Of a DNA stretch of 64,000 nucleotides, positions 13,539 through 26,517 are shown piece after piece. The DNA comes from Adineta vaga. Taxonomy: Eukaryota > Animalia > Rotifera. A model generated the notes under the pieces. The model did not search any database and was not told the DNA's origin. It saw nothing but the letters and a program-made list of their open reading frames with translations. How positions within the stretch are numbered: the first letter of the stretch is position 1; each line of letters opens with the position of its first letter. Location: assembly GCA_021613535.1 (NCBI GenBank), contig CP075496.1:14074001-14138000 (forward strand), read 5' to 3'. Position numbers and translations under genes: made by a program.

Positions 13539-13918
13539 ATGCTCTTTCCAGTGAAATAGTTGAACAGATTATATATCTACTTATTTGTTTTAAGGTTTGT
13601 TTCGATTCTTGATCAGCATTGAAAAAAAATGTCCAAAACGATTTTCTCTTTTATAGCCATTGCTTAATAGTGAAGAATAGTTTTAATAAGAGAAAATACA
13701 TTTTTTGAAATGATTTCGTGATTTTATTTGTTCTATTCTTCGTAAAATGTTTAGATTAAAAGATAAAACACGCGTTACATAATGGAATAGTGTTCTATTG
13801 TATTTAGAATGCGTCTAGAATTTTGAACAAAAATGACCTTTCACTTCTGGCAAAGACAATAAACAAAAAGCGTTAGCGATTGAAGAATGAAAAAAATATG
13901 TATGAAAGAATCGTTAAT

Positions 13919-16900
13919 CTAAAATTTAGATAAAAATGTTGATCGAAATCGAATGATTTGCTGTTGAATGGCATTTTGAAATACTTTTCTATAATTATCT
14001 GATGGTAATACAAATGCTGAGAAGGTTAATATTGGTGGTATAAATGAAAAATAATAACCAATAACATAAAACCATGAATCACGTGGTGTTCTCATACATC
14101 CACTTACAAATGAAAAAGCTAAACGAGGTGTTCCTAACAAAACTAATGCTAATGGTGAAATTAAGAGATGTTTATGTCTCTTTAGTTGTTCTTGTAAATG
14201 TTGATAATATGGTTTATTTTTTTGAATATTCGATCGACTACGACTCACTAAGATTACAATTGAAAAAGCAGATATCGTATTGATTATCAATGGTCCAACA
14301 AAATGCATGAGTGTAATGAAATAATTATAAGTATGGACGATCGGTGGATATCGAACAAAACACCAAATTCGTTGATCATCTTCGTCAATGTCATGAATTA
14401 ATTCTCGATAATATGGATCATGCAAATGTGATATCAATGTCAAACCAATTACAATTAGAACAACCCATTTAGCTAATCGTCGACTTTTCCTTTTATTAAA
14501 ATTAGGACCACTCTTCGTATTTATCCCTCTTTCCATCGCAACACATGCAATAATCCATTCATTAGATGCTAAAAGGGATTTCAGAAGCATATCAATTGAT
14601 TTACAACCGACTAACAATTGAAATTCACTTTGAATTATTTTCATTTGTGAAAGAATAAGATAAAGAAATTTAATTCCTAACATAATAATCATAAATAATG
14701 AAAGAATTGATGATGATAAAAGATAATAACCACATCCAACTTGTCTCGGACTTTTCATACGAAATGTTAATATTGATAATAAAACATCAATTAAATCTAA
14801 AATGAATATAGCAAGTGTTATACTCATCGTTACTTTAATAATGAATGGTTGATCATAAAATGCTACATTTGGTTTAATATAATAACCAATAATTGGATCA
14901 AGTGATAAAAGATTTCCTTCATTTGACATTTGACATTTTCCACCATAATAACAATCTTTACAAGCACAAATTGACATTGTTGGACATGTTTGATTATTTT
15001 GAAAACATTGACCATCATTTTGACAATCATTATGTCCTTCACAAGTATTATCAAGTGTATGATTAAATGCAAAACAATTAGCAAAACGATCAAGATCACA
15101 AACACACATTAATGTTTCATCATAAAAACACATTAAATGTAAATATTGTCGACAAACAAATGGATAGTATTTTGGATGATAAAACGTTTCATATTTCAGA
15201 ATAGTTGAATTTAGAAAATATTTTACATATGGACAAGTTTGTTTTGATAAGACTTTTCCATGAATATTTTCCAATAGAAGAAATGTTTCTCGAACAATTA
15301 GTAAATAATAACTTTGATTTACTAATTGAACAAAAGCAATATTAAATTGTTTTGATGTATAAAATATAATTGTATCACTATCAATTGGTATTTTCTTTAG
15401 AATTGTTGTTCGTTCATGTTTTGCATGTTGAAATATTGTAATAAAATGAATAAATACAAATGATGAACTTCTTGTAATTGCTTCATCTAACTTAACACTA
15501 ACACGGTAACTGTTAACTTCACAATGTAATCCAAAATAATTTTCTTTACAAAAACAAGAATATCCATGTAAATTAATTCGATCATCTGTTGGAATACATA
15601 TTCCATCATTTTTACATGGATTATTTGTTAATGAACAAATTGATCGTTTTAAATAACATTTTGATCCAAATCGATCTAATGGACAAATACAAATATTTGA
15701 TGTTAAACAAAATGAATCTTCTGAACATTGACATTGATAAGATTCATTACAAAATGAACCTGAATATTTCTGATCACATAGACAAAAATATTTGGATTGA
15801 TTATTTGTATATTGCATACATTGACCATGTAATCCACATAATAGAAGACATGGTCGTTTCAATCGTTCATTTGGGATAATTAATTTAGTAGAAATACGAT
15901 TAACAGGAAGAAATTGAAATGGAATTGGAATAAACCAACTAGTCCAATGTTTTAATGTCATTTTATTGAAAAGATCAATATGAATTGAATAATTATTTAA
16001 ATGTGATTTTGTTCTTTGAGGATATAAGAGATAAAGATGAAATTTTGTACGACAATCTCGAGAAGGTGAATAGACAATTTGTTCATATTGATCTGTTTTA
16101 TTTCCTTGTCTATCAATTAACATGATAATAATTTGAAAAATAGCGCTAATAAATGTTGTTTGAGGTGGAATAAGTTGAAAAGTAAGACTAATTCGTTGAT
16201 TTTGCCACTGACATTGAGATCCAAAATAACTTGGTGGACAAAGACAAGTTTTTGTTTGATTATTTCCAGATAAGATGAGAATACCTCGATGACAAAACAA
16301 TGTTTGTGATATATTGATATTTATAGAAGACTGAAGAGTTTTCTCTTCATTTATTCTAGAAATGTATTTAACAGAAAGTAAAGAAGTTACTTCTGGAAAA
16401 CTACCTAATCTGAAAGCATTTAAAAATGATTCTTTGCGTTTTTGCATTGTGTCTATCTTCAAATGACACAGTTGTCTTTCTGTACCAAGTATCATGACAG
16501 ATTGTCTATTTTTCATTTTAGGTATTTTTCTTTCATATACGCACACGTCATCATCACCTGTTGTTAGTGGCAATGATGCAGAAAGACAAATGTTATTTGC
16601 ATAAAGACATTTAGTTTTGTTCCATAAATAATATTCATTTTCATTTATAGTATTTCCATTAATATAATATAGTTGTCGATTGCTCAACCGGTCACAATCT
16701 GATTTGATTTCGTCCACTATTTGCGCTGCTGATAAACAATAAGTTGATCTTAAACTACTATCATAACATTCATGTGCATTCGACGAACAATTTGTATCAG
16801 GACAATTAAGTTCATCAACACCATTTGGGCAATCCCAAATCTGATCACAATGAACATATGGACTATCACATGGCCATAATTCACAATGTAGTAGATCATT

Positions 16901-18737
16901 ATATGTGTCATCAAATATATATTGTTGTGCCAAACCAAGGCAGAATTTCGAATATGGTGTTGTTTCATCAAAATCTTGTTTGTGATAAATCTCTTCATCT
17001 TCTCCATTCTTACAGTCTGGAACGCTATTGCTAATCGCAACTGGTGATAAACACGAGTAATTTTCCTTTGAACATTGATATCGACTAGAGTCATTCCATG
17101 AACAAGCAGAAAACGATTCATCTTCATTAAACGAACAGTCTAGATAACCATCTTGCACGCGATGATATGAAATACATCTCAATGATTGATCACAGTGAAA
17201 GTGAGTTGAATTGTTACATGAGATATCAATACCTTTAGTTAAACATTCCTCAATAATTTTGTTAAAACTCAATATCAATTGAAATAAATTAGACGTTTGA
17301 TCATAGAATGTGAAAATCGATGTAGGAGTGCAAGTTAATCCATTAATTAATGTAATATTGATAATTACATTTGTTAATGAAGGACATTTTTTTATATCAA
17401 AACATGTCAAATCAGGTAGAATATTTTCTTTAAATTCGTCAACTGAACGATTAGTAAAATAGATAAATTGGAAAAAGCCAAACATCACGGGTTTTTTTGG
17501 TAAAACTAACCATTCAGATGAACATTTATCTTGTAACGATTCACAATCTTCAACAAATGTACTTTCAGAAGGGAAAATGTTCTCAAACGAATTAACCAAA
17601 CCTAAAAAGATTTAAATAGGAGAAAGCTGGAACTCTAAATACAGCAGAAGAATGACATGGGTATTATTAGGGAAGTTTTCTCTCCTTCTCTCTATTCTTA
17701 CCAAAATTTCGATTGGAATAAAGTGCACAATAAAATGCATTTCGACAATTTTCATCTTTAATATGATTTAACGATGTAAATAATTGACGGTTGATTTCCG
17801 TATCTCGTTTATTTTTGCAAATAGCTCGAGTTATTGGCATGTATGGAGCATTAGTGTATTCACCATCTCCACATACAAATTGTCGAGGATATCGGGCAGT
17901 TCGTTCTTCACATGCAAATATTGGTAAACTGGTACAATTATAATTAAAATCTAATGGTTCACTGTGAAATATATTTGTATAACCATCACGTTCGATACTT
18001 TCATCACTTCCATCTAAACAATCCACACTGGTAGGACTTTCCCATGCAAATTCTAAGGGAATACATTGACCATTATGACATCGATATTCATTCTTATTAC
18101 ATTCATTTGATTCTAATTCTTCACAAAATCGTTCATCTTCTCCATTTGGACAATCTAGTTTTTGATCACAAATTTCACGCCAATCGAGACACATTGGCCA
18201 TAATTCATCATTACAATTATCGATAAAACGATAACATGTACCAGTAGTAAACGATTCATCAGAACGTTGATTAAAAGTTTCATAAACAATATCATTAAAT
18301 GTCATTGATATATCATATGGAAATCTATATTGACATTTTGTACCAAACCATGGTAATGAACAGTTATAGAAATTACTTTTATTACTCCTCTCATATTCCT
18401 CAGCAACATCAATTGGTAATGACCAATTTAATAAATCATTACCATTAATATTTTGCTGTTTTAATTCTTTTGAATCGATCTCTTTCATCATATTTTTATC
18501 GATCAAATCTGTTGAATGTTCTTTTTTATTATGATCTGGTCTTCGACAATATGGAATTAAATAATAATTATAACTATAAGGTGCATTAGTAATCAATTTA
18601 TCGTGCATATCCCAAACAGCATAAAGACAATCATAGGATAAAAAAGAACCATCTTGATCATTTGAATGATACATTATATAATGAACATCAATCGAATGAT
18701 ATAAAACTATAAAAATAAATATACGTAAAAGAGACAT
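13919..18737 (-). CDS. ~1570-aa GPCR with a large LDL-receptor class A and EGF-like ectodomain and a C-terminal rhodopsin-like 7TM; intron 17602-17701
   Basis: N-terminal signal peptide; LDLa motifs (CDQKLDCPNGEDE, CHNGQCI..DCLDGSDE, CDQIWDCPNGVDE); EGF motifs (CLCPPSYFGSQC, CFCKENYFGLHC); 7TM with ACVAMERG. Exons join in frame (G|GT TTG). Confidence 0.9.
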
Positions 18738-18970
18738 TTTCTCTAATTGTAATCTTTATTCATTGATGAAAATAAAAATGTTAATTTATATATATGCAAA
18801 AAAATATTCAAACTTCCTCTTTTTTCACAGATAAAGATCAACGATAAATAGACATTTCCTTTTTTCCTTTATAATCATGACATATGCTTTCAAGTATCAT
18901 ATCGGGAAAATGAACGCAAAGTTGCTTTCCATTTTCTGGTATAATATTATCAGTGTAACAAAGAAAACTC

Positions 18971-19033
18971 ATGGGGATGGGTATAGGTGTGGATGAATAC
19001 AATGTATCCACCCATACCCACCCTCACACCCTA
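18971..19033. repeat. TGTGGG-like hairpin element
   Basis: atggggatgggtataggtgtggatg-aatacaatg-tatccacccatacccaccctcacacc inverted arms. Confidence 0.6.
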
Positions 19034-19693
19034 TGGACCGATAAGAAGTCAACACCAAGTCTAGTAAACTCCATGCTGAAGGGATATCTTTGTATTTGCG
19101 TATCCTGCAATTTAAAAAAATCGTTGATGAACAAATCAGATTAAGTTATTTCGATAGTATTTTTCACGGGCTTAGAAAGTACCAGTAATGTTAAACCTTC
19201 ATCTTGCTGGCCAAACTTACTTCCGCCTCGGAAAGTGCATAGAAATTACCCTGATAAGTTGCACGTAGAATGTGGTGAAGAATGCTGGAACGTTAATAGT
19301 GCTTATTCACCTTTGTCGTACCAGTGGGTGGTACAATGGATGTGGATCTCTCGTTCACCTTCACTTACACCCAGTTTCATGCTCACATGCTCTATCATGC
19401 GAACTGAAACTATTCATCTCTCTGAGTTATTGTTATTTAAATCGCAAAACTAATACATCCAGCTAATATTGGACAAAGGTTAATTGCTGAAAAGTAACAA
19501 TTAGGAGCAGTAAACTGATTTACATTCTAAAGTTACAGGTCGGTTAGTTTTGCTATTAATCCACCCCTCACCCTACAACACAAAACGATGAAGTGAAAAG
19601 TGGTGTTTTATGTTATTATAATGAAAGAGACACGCGGTTTTTATTTACGTGATATAAAAAAATAAAAAGAAGAGTAGTCACTTATTTTCACCA

Positions 19694-21383
19694 TCAAAAC
19701 GGTTGGTATAGTTCGGCACTTTTCAAAACTCCAAGGTCATATCCTCCGGTAACTAATACTCGCCCGTCTCCTATTACGGCAGCTGCATGGCCATAGCGGA
19801 GATAAGTCATATTGCCAGTCGGCGTCCAGATATCTTTTATGGGATCGTACAATTCAGCATTGATTGGATGATTGTAGCTGTCCAATCCACCAGTAACTAA
19901 TACCATTCCATTTTTTATTACCGAGGCTGTGTGTTGATATCGTCCAAGATTCGTGGAGGTAGATTTTGTCCATGTTTCTTTCAATGGATCATAAAGCTCA
20001 ACCGTACTAAGAACACTGTTGAAACTCATTCCACCTACAATGAGCACTTTCCCATCTCTCAAAACTGATGCTGTATGATAGTATCTTGAATAAATGAAAG
20101 AAGGCGCAATAGTCCAGTGTCCTGTTAAAGGATCATACAGCTCACATGAATTAAGAGGAACATTGTTCTGTCCACCAACGATCAAGACTTTACCATTATT
20201 CAAAGTGATTGCTGTGTGATGATATCGTGCGTCGTTCATCCTATTGATTACGGTCCAAGTTCCAGTCAATGGATTGTATAACTCAGCAGTATTGAGTGCT
20301 ACTCCATTCCATCCACTAGTTACCAACACTCTACCATTCTCTAATACAGAGACCGTGTGTTTAACATGCTACGTGCCACTTCCCAAGTTCCTTTAACTGG
20401 ATCATATAGCTCGGCACTGTTTAAAGTTCCGATATTCCTTCCACCAGTGACCAGAATCTTCCCACTCGATAGCACAGACATCGTATGATCTCTGCGTGGT
20501 TGTGTCATATTGTGAACAAGGATCCACCCTAAACAGAAGTCGATGGTAGCCATCAAGAAAAAGAAAGTTGCTCCTAAGCCCTAAAAAGTGTGATAGACAG
20601 TGGTATCTTTTCTGCAGTGGTTGTCTGTATACGAAACGGAGCAATTATGTATCTAAAATTGGAAACCTTCCATATTCCTATAGCTCGGTCCGATCTTATT
20701 AATACCCCACGCATATTTTCAAACATCACTTTCATAAGCGTTCATTTTGCCATAAAACGTATTGTTGGCGCTATTTAAAATCATGATGCTACATCATGAA
20801 ATAATATGACGTCCTACCTTGTAGTGTGATCGTTAATTTAGTAAGGGAAAATAATATGATTTTGATTAAATAATTTCTTAGATAGAGTATTCTGTTATTG
20901 CAAACAATGATGGCTGATACCGAGGAGTATTTTCGTAGGCTAATCTCAAAAAAGGTAATATGAATACCATCCATCCAATAAATTCAAGAGCACGGTCATA
21001 ACAAATAATATGTAAACGTGATCGTTAATATTCGGTCATTGACGAATATCAACGTATTACATATAGTTTGACTTTTCATTCCTACAATATGGTCAGGTAG
21101 TTCATCACAAAATGTTATCTCCAGACGCATTACTGAGCTTTTTGATAAGTAGAAAGAATGTACATGCATGCAATGCAGCATTCCGGTAGAGCTTACCTGT
21201 AGGACGTGGAATTGCAGTGGTTGTAACGACTTCAGGAGCTTTGGTGGTGGAGTTAACATCTGGCTTACCGTGCCTGTTATGTGCTTTTGATGCGAAAATT
21301 ATTCCTACCACTATTCCAGCAACGACGAGAATGCAAAATAGAGCGCAGCCAACGCCCAAAACTAATCCATTGCTTCCTCTACC
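19694..21383 (-). pseudogene. Membrane-anchored Kelch beta-propeller gene (bacterial-type repeats), frameshifted; internal exon structure uncertain
   Basis: Repeats W..T..M...R..HTA.VL.NGKVLV.GG....SAELYDP. At about 20360 the sequence ATG TTA AA CAC ACG GTC lacks the usual ARxx segment and shifts frame. An upstream exon (21197-21383) encodes a TM helix plus Thr-rich stalk and ends at a GTAAGC donor. Confidence 0.7.
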
Positions 21384-21810
21384 CATAACGTCGAATAAAA
21401 AAGAATACGAAATGTTTTGCAATCACCCGGTAGGTTTTTGTCACCTATTTATCAGTTTAAGCAACTAGATACAGTTCTTCCAACATGCTATCTGTATTGA
21501 TAATATTTTATCTAAACTGCAAGGATATGACGCAATAAAGCACAATCTTGCAGGTGAGAGCAATTGAAGTGAAATAGAAAAACAAATGAAGATGAGTCAT
21601 GAAAAGCTAAATAAACATGTCGGCGAAACAAATGCGACTCATTTCATATAGAACAAAATAATTTAATAGAAATCCACTTTAAGTAGTGTCACATATCCTG
21701 CAGATCGGGAACGGCGAGAGACGCTGAACGAGTACCTTACCTAATATTATTTCATATTTTTTAATCATTTTTTAGGTCTCGTAGTGGCGGGATATGCATA
21801 TTCCTAAGGA

Positions 21811-21865
21811 GATGGTGTGTGGGTGTGAGTATTAAATCTATCCAACACCTACACCCACGCCCACT
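21811..21865. repeat. TGTGGG hairpin element (same family as 13476-13538, opposite orientation)
   Basis: ggtgtgtgggtgtgagtattaaatctatccaacacctacacccacgccc. Confidence 0.7.
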
Positions 21866-22006
21866 GTGTTCACATCTGAGCAAATAATTCTGAAAAAAGT
21901 AAAGATGAGAATGGATAATTCGAAGTACTTTTGAGATCATGTCAAATGTAGATTGAAAACGAACGTGCTCCATCGTTTATATCAAGTCAAATCTAACGAA
22001 GCATCT

Positions 22007-22072
22007 TGAGGATGTGGGTTAAGAGCATAGTCTCATGTACACCCACACCCACACCCACACCACACCCTCAAG
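22007..22072. repeat. TGTGGG/(CCCACA)n hairpin element
   Basis: ttgaggatgtggg ... (cacccaca)n ccctcaa, with terminal inverted arms ttgagg/cctcaa. Confidence 0.7.
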
Positions 22073-22451
22073 GCGTTGGACGTTGCGATTGGCCACGACA
22101 TGTTGTATAACGACATAATTGTGGTTCATCCATGATGATAGTTTTCTCATCTTTTGGCATTGTCGATTGAACAACAAATAAAAGAAATATCATGATGAAG
22201 AATTATAATGCATTCATTATTGATAAGATGAAACAACAATCGATTACTAAATACTTCGAACACGACTGAATATCGAAAATGATTATACAAAGAGAGAAAG
22301 AGGAAAACAATCACAATGACATACATCGCAGTCATCATGTCGTCACTAGATTGTTACTTGTTATAGAAGTAAATTTTATTTTCATGTGCATCTAAGACAT
22401 CAAAAGTTAGAAGGAAAGAAAGAATAATGTACTGTGCTTACGCGATGGATA

Positions 22452-23279
22452 TTAGAAAAATAGAATGTATAGAAATAGAATTAAGATAGCTAATGTTAGT
22501 CCAATGATGATACTCCAATATTTATTTGATTGAATCGAAATGAAGGTATGTTTTGTTGTTCTATTGATGTGATCATCATCATCATCATCAGTTACCCAAA
22601 CTTGTTCTATAATCGTGAATTTTTCATCGAGTATATCCAACTTTTTCCGTTGAATATCATAAATCTTCGACGATTTTTCTTCATATACAATTAATTGCTG
22701 TTTCAATAAACAAATTTGTCCTTCCATACAATCAAATTGATCATGTTTATCTTGTCGTTGAAATACACCTTGACATTTTGTACATTTAATTTTTACGTAC
22801 GAACATTTTAATAGATGTTTATCTTTGTCAAAGATCTCTTTGAACATATTTTGTTTACAACCTGGACATTGAATAATTCGAAATCGACAAAATTCTTCTT
22901 CATGTTTTTCTAATTGTTCATAGAAAAGAATTTCTTGACAACCATAGATTTTATTTCGACATTCGATTGTTAATGTCGATAAGATTGTTGTCAATAACGG
23001 TGGACATTTTCGTTGAATATAAGGCGAACAATTAAATGGACATCGAGTTAATGAGAATGATTTTGCTACATAATCAATTAGGTTTTCATTATCAAGATAT
23101 TCGATAATTTGTTCTTGTTGTTCGAATAACCAAAGTTGAATACAATTAAAACAGAAAGAATTTTCACAAGTAGTACATGTCACAGGTTTCCACAGAATAA
23201 AACCACAAATAGGGCAATGAACTAAATCACCATGTACTTTCAGATTAGTGACGCGATCAGGTAAGATGTTTGAAGTCAT
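22452..23279 (-). CDS. RING-finger and TRAF-type zinc-finger protein with coiled coil and C-terminal TM anchor (putative E3 ligase)
   Basis: CPIC..ILWKPVTCTTCENSFCFNCI...CPFNC RING; CRNKIYGC...LEKHEEEFC and CPGC/CTKC TRAF-type fingers; hydrophobic tail. Confidence 0.85.
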   Translation of the reverse strand: MTSNILPDRVTNLKVHGDLVHCPICGFILWKPVTCTTCENSFCFNCIQLWLFEQQEQIIEYLDNENLIDYVAKSFSLTRCPFNCSPYIQRKCPPLLTTILSTLTIECRNKIYGCQEILFYEQLEKHEEEFCRFRIIQCPGCKQNMFKEIFDKDKHLLKCSYVKIKCTKCQGVFQRQDKHDQFDCMEGQICLLKQQLIVYEEKSSKIYDIQRKKLDILDEKFTIIEQVWVTDDDDDDHINRTTKHTFISIQSNKYWSIIIGLTLAILILFLYILFF

Positions 23280-23899
23280 TGTGAGATAGAAAACTCGGAA
23301 GTCTAGAATTTATCTACTTTTATATGTTGGAAAAAATTGACATTCACGTATATACAAATCAAATAAACATGCAATGACTCAGTCAGTTATATACTTACGC
23401 ACACATGAATCATTGTATCAAGAATTCAAATGTCTAATATATTCCAAAATCAGGAAAAACTTGTCCGTACGTGATTTGTAAATGATTTTATATTGTTATC
23501 TTATTCATTATTATTACATTTATCAATAATACTGACGACATATCTTTCACTTGATTTAGAGAAAAATGTCATTTCTCTGGAAAAAAAGGAACTGCGTGAC
23601 GTTGATCCAAAATCTACAAATATTGATGTAGTGACTCAATTTATAATCAATAGAGAGAGGATGTAGTTGGAAAGAGAACGAGGTATGACAAAGATAAACA
23701 TAAATCCGAATATTTTTATCTCGTGAACGTCTTTTAATTTTCAAGTTATACTTTTTGTTGTTGTTGTTGTACATGAATGCATTAAATTCGTTACGTAGAT
23801 TTATTCTGTAAACATTCCTATACTCGAAATGAAATTCTTGTTTTCTTTTTCATTGAAAACTTTATTCATGGGTATAACCTCAAAAAACGAGATTTTATG

Positions 23900-24519
23900 T
23901 TGTTCGTATCAAACAACAGAAGGAAATATAATGAATAAAACAAATAATCAGAAGAAAAACGCAATAAAAAAAAGCGAAATCATACAAGGTTGAATGACAA
24001 TATGTCGATTTTTCTGTATCATATGATTGAACATCCATTTTTGCCGAAATACCCATACACAACCCTAATTTATAATCAAAATCTTTATTTGATTAACTTA
24101 ATTTAAGAAGGAAAACTCACCACAATGAGCCAAGCAGTCATAAATATACAAATAATTGAAATACTAATTGCTAAAGCCCGTCGTCTTCTCTTTGCTAATG
24201 CAACAACATCGACAGGATCTGATCGCATCATTATAAACATCTATAGAATATCAATAAAATAGAATATTCATGTGGTTTGTTTAATCATAAAACTTACTAA
24301 TACTAATAAGAATGTATAATATATTGTAAAGATAAAACCTGCGACAATAAGATAGACAGAAATATTTTGTTCAATTGAACATTGTCCTCGAAAGATGAAA
24401 CCAATAACCAATGCAATGAAAGATAAGATATTTATAATTAATAAAAATATAAAGTAACTATAACGTAAACAACAATCGGTTCGAATTCTTCCCATCCAAT
24501 GTTTTGGATATTCAGCCAT
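23900..24519 (-). pseudogene. TMEM272-like 4-TM protein gene; last exon appears frameshifted
   Basis: GQCSIEQNISVYLIVAG and WVF...YCHSTLY motifs; introns 24241-24297 and 24065-24120. The YCHSTLY motif is out of frame with WVF. Confidence 0.6.
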
Positions 24520-25499
24520 TGGATGTGATTCTGCTTTTTAAGAGAATTAAGATGAAATTAACGATTCAAAAGATATTTTACCTTATTGTTGAATTCTTAA
24601 ATAATGAATTTCTAAAATAGATTTTCTTTCGTTTGATGTGTCTTTCTTCTGTATGAAAAATGAATTGACGATATGTTTTTAAAACGTTTACTTTCGTTCG
24701 TCAGCTACACCTTTTCGCTCTTAGCTGTAGAATTGAAGAATTTTACATTCTGTTTTAAAAAAATCTCGTACCTGATTTTTCGTTCATGATGTTACTATTT
24801 TCACAAAGAATTGAAAGGAAGAAAATCTTTTTTTTTCTTCTTACTTATGGCTCGATTTGAACTTCTGATCTAAATTTTGATTAATAATAGAACATGAAAC
24901 AAGTCAGATAATACACTGCGGGTAATATTTACTCTATAGGAAAGTCATTTATCAGATGAATGTGGATCAATGAGAAATAATCACATCTACAACCATCCTC
25001 AAGTGAAGTATGACCTTATTTCTTTTCAATCATTCAATGTAGGTTAACAATTGTAGAATTGAATTTTAAAATGGTTAGTTACACAAACATGATTCAAATG
25101 TAAATTCTAATGAAAAGTATTATAATTCTAAAAGACTATGAAAAAATGTTAAAGAATTGATTGCCAGTTAGTTTTTCTTCTAATTATCTACTGAGTTTAA
25201 AATGAGTTATTGTTCTGTTCAAAGTTGAACCTGATTAATATTTTTGTATACGAATGAAAAATCTGTCATAATCAATTTTCAACTGTTACATCCTTTGCTC
25301 TCCATTCTTTTTCTTGTTTAGTAATATTGAATTTGACTTTGTCATTCATAGTCAAAAACGATCTTTCAGTCGATCGATTTAAAACGTCTGCAAAATGCAC
25401 GAATATATCCTTTTCGAAATTATCACATTTGATAAATGCATAATCTAGATTGACATTAACTCATTTAACGATTCCTTCGTATTGTTTATTCAATCATTC

Positions 25500-26060
25500 A
25501 ATACTGAAACGAGTGTCGGATGCCATTGATGACCATAAATTGTTTATATATACTTTATTGCATACATTTTCAATAAGTTTCGTTTCGAATATATTTAATT
25601 TTTTGTCTGTATTGTGATAGGTATCATCATTATTTGAGGGATTCATTGTGTTCAAAGTATTAGAGTTATATTTCCATTCACCCTTCACATATGAAAATCC
25701 ACCTAAGATAAATTCTAATTTCTTTTTCTTCCAACATCCAAAAATTGAATGAAATAGTTTGCCATGCTAATAATGTCCACGTCTTCCTTTCCTTTCCGGT
25801 GTTGTTTTTAATAGCCACTCGGATTCTTTTATATAAATATCGCCGGTTTCACAGTGAACATTACCAAACATGAATTCACTCTTTTCAGCACATAAATAGA
25901 TAGTTAAACCAACGTTTATCAGAAATTGGATGAATATAAACATCCTTTATTTTGATGGGTGGTTTATTCGAATCACTGCTTTCAAATTCACCATTCCAAT
26001 TACCATTGTTATCTTTCCCTGAACACTTTAATCCTACCAACGAGCATTCTACATTACTGA
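25500..26060 (-). pseudogene. Decayed coding fragment of unknown family
   Basis: Protein-like translation (...GDIYIKESEWLLKTTPERKGRRGHY*HGKLFHSIFGC...GGFSYVKGEWKYNSNTLN...) interrupted by a stop and a frameshift. Confidence 0.45.
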
Positions 26061-26517
26061 AAGAAAAATAAATTAATTATAAAAGAGATCACTTGAAAAG
26101 ATATCTGTTGACTTGAATAATCTCTCAGCTATATTATTACACGAATAAACATATACAAGCACGTTTTAATAAAACTTCTTTTTTAGATAGAAGTAATGAA
26201 AACGGCAAATTATTTGTATTCTAAATAACCTTATTAAAAACTTACCAATTTGCCATGAATATAGCAGACGAAAGATTTCCGTATTTCTTACAGATTTCGT
26301 TTGTACTTGCAAGTCGTATGTAATTGTGTTAACTGAAATAATAATATAATTTGTATGAAACGCAAAGAAAAAGAAAAATATTGTCTGCATAACTTTATGA
26401 AATAATACACAAGTATATGTTTGTTTACAGAAAAAAACACGTTTGCAATCACAATAGCAACCAATTTTAGTATAATTCTTTTGTTCTTCTTCATTATTTG
26501 ATAGAAGTTAAACAATC

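Noticed and set aside
14074-18226. Many 60-130-aa ORFs overlapping large genes (also at 30258-32876, 34279-35702, 42527-43111)
   Set aside because: Alternative-frame or antisense shadows of real coding sequence, with no independent motifs.
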